A program made the translations under genes and the position numbers. The notes beneath the pieces were generated by a model, which was not told the DNA's origin, ran no database searches, and saw only the letters and a list, made by a program, of their open reading frames with translations. Positions 61,045 to 64,000 of a stretch of 64,000 nucleotides of DNA are shown piece after piece. The first letter of the stretch is position 1, and each line of letters opens with the position of its first letter. This DNA comes from the human T2T-CHM13v2.0 reference genome, Homo sapiens. Where the stretch lies: the NCBI RefSeq assembly GCF_009914755.1, contig NC_060945.1; one strand, written 5' to 3'.

Positions 61045-62304
61045 TGTGTCCGGAATTGGTGGGTTCTTGGTCTCACTGACTTCAAGAATGAAGCCGCGGA
61101 CCCTCACGGTGAGTGTTACAGTTCTTAAAGGCAGCGTGCCTGGAGTTTTTCCCTTCTAATGTCAGCATGTGTTTGGAGTTTCTTTCTTCTGGTGGGTTCG
61201 TGGTCTTTCTGGCTCAGGAGTGAAGCTGCAGACCTTTGTGGTGAGTGTTACAGCTCATAAAGGCAGTGTGGACCCAAAGAGTGAGCAGCAGCAGGATTTA
61301 TTGCAAAGAGCAAAAGAACAAAGCTTCCACAGTGTGGATGGGGACCCGAGAGGGTTGCCACTGCTGGATCAGGCAGCTGCTTTTATTCTCTTATCTGGCC
61401 CCACCCACATCCTGCTGATTGGTCCATTTTACAGAGAGCCAATTGGTCTGTTTTACAGAGAGCTGATTGGTCCCTTTTCACAGGGTGCTGATTGATGCAT
61501 TTACAATCCTTGAGCTAGACACAAAAGTTCACCACGTCTCTACTAGATTAGCTAGATACAGAGTGTTGATTGGTGTATGTACAAACCCTGAGCTAGACAC
61601 AGGGTGCTGATTTGTGTGTTTATAAACCTTGAGCTAGATACAAAGTGTCGATTGGTGTATTTACAATCCCTTATCTAGACATAAATTTTCTCCAAGTCCC
61701 CACCAGACTCAGGAGCCCAGCTGGCTTCACCCAGTGGATCCCACACCAGGGCCGCAGGTGGAGCTGCCTGCCTGCCAGTCACACGCTGTGCTCCCGAACT
61801 CCTCAGCCCTTGGGTTGTTGATGGGACTGGGTGCCATGGAACAGGGGGTGGAGCTCGTTGGGGAGGCTCGGGCCGCACAGGAGCCCTTGGCCGGAGTGGG
61901 GGAGAGGCTCAGGCAAGGCGGGCTGCAGTTCCCGAGCCCTGCCCCGTGGGGAGGCAGCTAAGGCCTGGCGAGAAGTCGAGCACAGCAGCTGCTGGCCCAG
62001 GTGCTAAGCCCCTCACTGCCTGGGGCTGGCAGGGCCAGCTGGCCGCTCCAAGTGCGGGGCCACCAAGCCCACGCCCACCCGGAACTCGCGTTGGCCCGGA
62101 AGCACCGCGGGCAGCCTCGGTTCCTGCCCACTCCCCGCAAGATAAGGGAGCCGGCTCCGGCATTGGCCTGCTGAGAAAGGGGCTCCCACAGTGCAGCGGT
62201 GAGCTGAAGGGCTCCTCAAGCGCGGCCAGAGTGGGCCCCAAGGCTGAGGAGGCACCAAGAGTGAGCGAGGGCTGTGAGGGCTGCCAGCATGCTGTCACCT
62301 CTCA
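61045..62304 (-). mobile_element. Solo LTR12 (LTR12C-like, ERV9)
   Basis: Minus strand TGAGAGGTGACAGC...CCAATTCCGGACACA; tandem CCAAT units at 61410-61670; 4-bp TSD CTCA / CTCA; inserted in an MLT1 LTR. Confidence 0.95.
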
Positions 62305-63906
62305 CTCATGAGACTGAAGCTGTGTCTCAACTGAAGCTTGACTGGGAAGGATGCACTTCTGAGCTCAATCTGGTTAGTTGTGCATTATTGTTTTGACTCA
62401 GTTCTTAGTTTCTTTCTGTCTTTGGTCAGGGCACTCTCTCCATTCTCTGTCACACAAGCCTGTAAAAATGAAAGCTTAAAACACTGAAGCTCGCTTCTCC
62501 AGAGCAAAGTATGCGACAGACAGAGAGAAAGACAGGAAAAAAGGAAGTAAACAATATCACAAGAGAGAGAAAGTAAGAAGCAAGTGACAATCTTTTCATA
62601 ATCAAATATTGGAAGTGACATTCCCTATTTTCCAATGTATTCTACTGCCATGAAGTGAGTCACTAACCACTTACTGTTTACATTTGGGTGTGTATAGTTG
62701 GAAATAAAAATTATTATGAGCCATCATGAAGGCTGTGCACTATGTATGCCAAGGTGAGACAAATGGGCCTGATTCTAAATATAACGAGAAGGTACTACAA
62801 TGTGTGTTGTTGTTATTGTTGTTGTTCTGGCCAAAGAATAACAACATCTAAATTTTATTCAATTTCAATGTTTTCATGGTGGAGTTTGAAAAATAAATTC
62901 AAGAGGGGACATGACTTTCTCAAGATTCAAGTTATAAAACCCAGGCATGTTTGAGAGATATTCAAGCAATGTCCCATCCCTTGTAGTTTCTTTCTCTAAG
63001 TTTATGCAGTAGCTGTGTTTAATATCAAACCCAACAGTCATGCGTATCATTTTATACATATCTCATGAGATCCCTTGCAGCTGGATGCCACCATAATCCC
63101 CACTGTGCAGGCTGTGAGACTATGGAGCCCCTGAGAGGCACAATGACATACTTGGCATCACAGAATTAATACATTAAACATAAAGACTTTAACTCAGCTT
63201 GTATCCTCAAACTTGCGGCTCTGGCTGCATTCCATTTCCTCCGGGACTGGTGCAGGAGGTGCTGTATTTGCATAATTGTGCACAAGTAATCAGATGACTT
63301 GGGAGAGAATGGTGAGCAGTCAGCAGTGCAGAAAAGCCTTTGAGTAGGTCTTATTGAAGGAAGATAGGTCTTATTGAAAGAAGAATAATACCTTCAAGAA
63401 GTGACCTCATTTCTTTGGTGAAAGGCCCTAACAGTACTAAGTATTCTGGTAACCAAAAACTCACATTCTAAAGACAGTCGACCATACAGCACTGTTGGCC
63501 AGAATCTCTCAAGAGAGAAAGATGTTCTGCTGTATAACAACTTTCTGAGGCTCTTTCTTTGAGGTTCTGTTCCTCACAAGTAGCACCTTCTAGCTATGTC
63601 TTCACACGACAGAAGGGGCATGAATATTCCTTTCAACCTCCGTCACACGGGCACTATTATTTTCTCGTTAACATGCAGCCCTCCTGACTTAATAACTTTC
63701 TCAAAGTTCCAATAACTAATAGTATCACACTGAATCCACGTGTGGATTAAGTTTTTAAATATGAATGTGGAGAGTGAGGAACACAAATATCCAGACCATA
63801 GCAAAAAGTTAATAAGCAATAACAATTGCAGTGGACAGTATTATTAATGCTTGGGATATGGGAATTTGATGTTTCTATCACAAAGGTTAAACAATGGTTT
63901 ATCCTT

Positions 63907-64000
63907 GGCCGGGCATGATGGCTCAAGCCTGTAATCCAAGCACTTTGGGATGTCAAGGCAGGCGGATCACAAGGTCAGGAGATCGAGACCATCCTGGCTA
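63907..64000 (+). mobile_element. AluY, cut by the window end
   Basis: GGCCGGGCATGATGGCTCA...GAGATCGAGACCATCCTGGCTA. Confidence 0.9.

Noticed and set aside
61169-62311. Overlapping GC-rich ORFs
   Set aside because: All fall inside LTR12 and are typical spurious frames

Overview
This is primate (human-like) genomic DNA, rich in repeats, with no intact protein-coding gene. From left to right: a ~12.4 kb diverged beta-satellite (68-bp BSR) domain with orientation switches and a recurring ~1 kb spacer module; a deleted class III endogenous retrovirus (LTR66/HERVL66-like) carrying both dUTPase and a gamma-type env; L1 layers hosting processed pseudogenes of KRT18 and CTBP2, followed by an OOSP1 retrocopy; an Alu cluster; a CpG-rich 138-bp tandem array (ACRO1/ACRO138-like) full of ZNF143/THAP11-type motifs, with a candidate spliced lncRNA running leftward; an intron-containing RALGDS/RGL4-like pseudogene fragment; two solo LTRs of the same family as the provirus; three copies of an ancient non-transposon unit (~44.0, 52.1 and 63.1 kb); an internally deleted L1PA; and an LTR12C. 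The combination resembles acrocentric short-arm sequence (rDNA distal junction) or a paralogue, but this placement is inferred and unverified. I see no prokaryotic-type system. The least explained signals are the triplicated unit, the motif-array promoter and the higher-order satellite structure. Repeat subfamily names are from memory and need a RepeatMasker/Dfam check.
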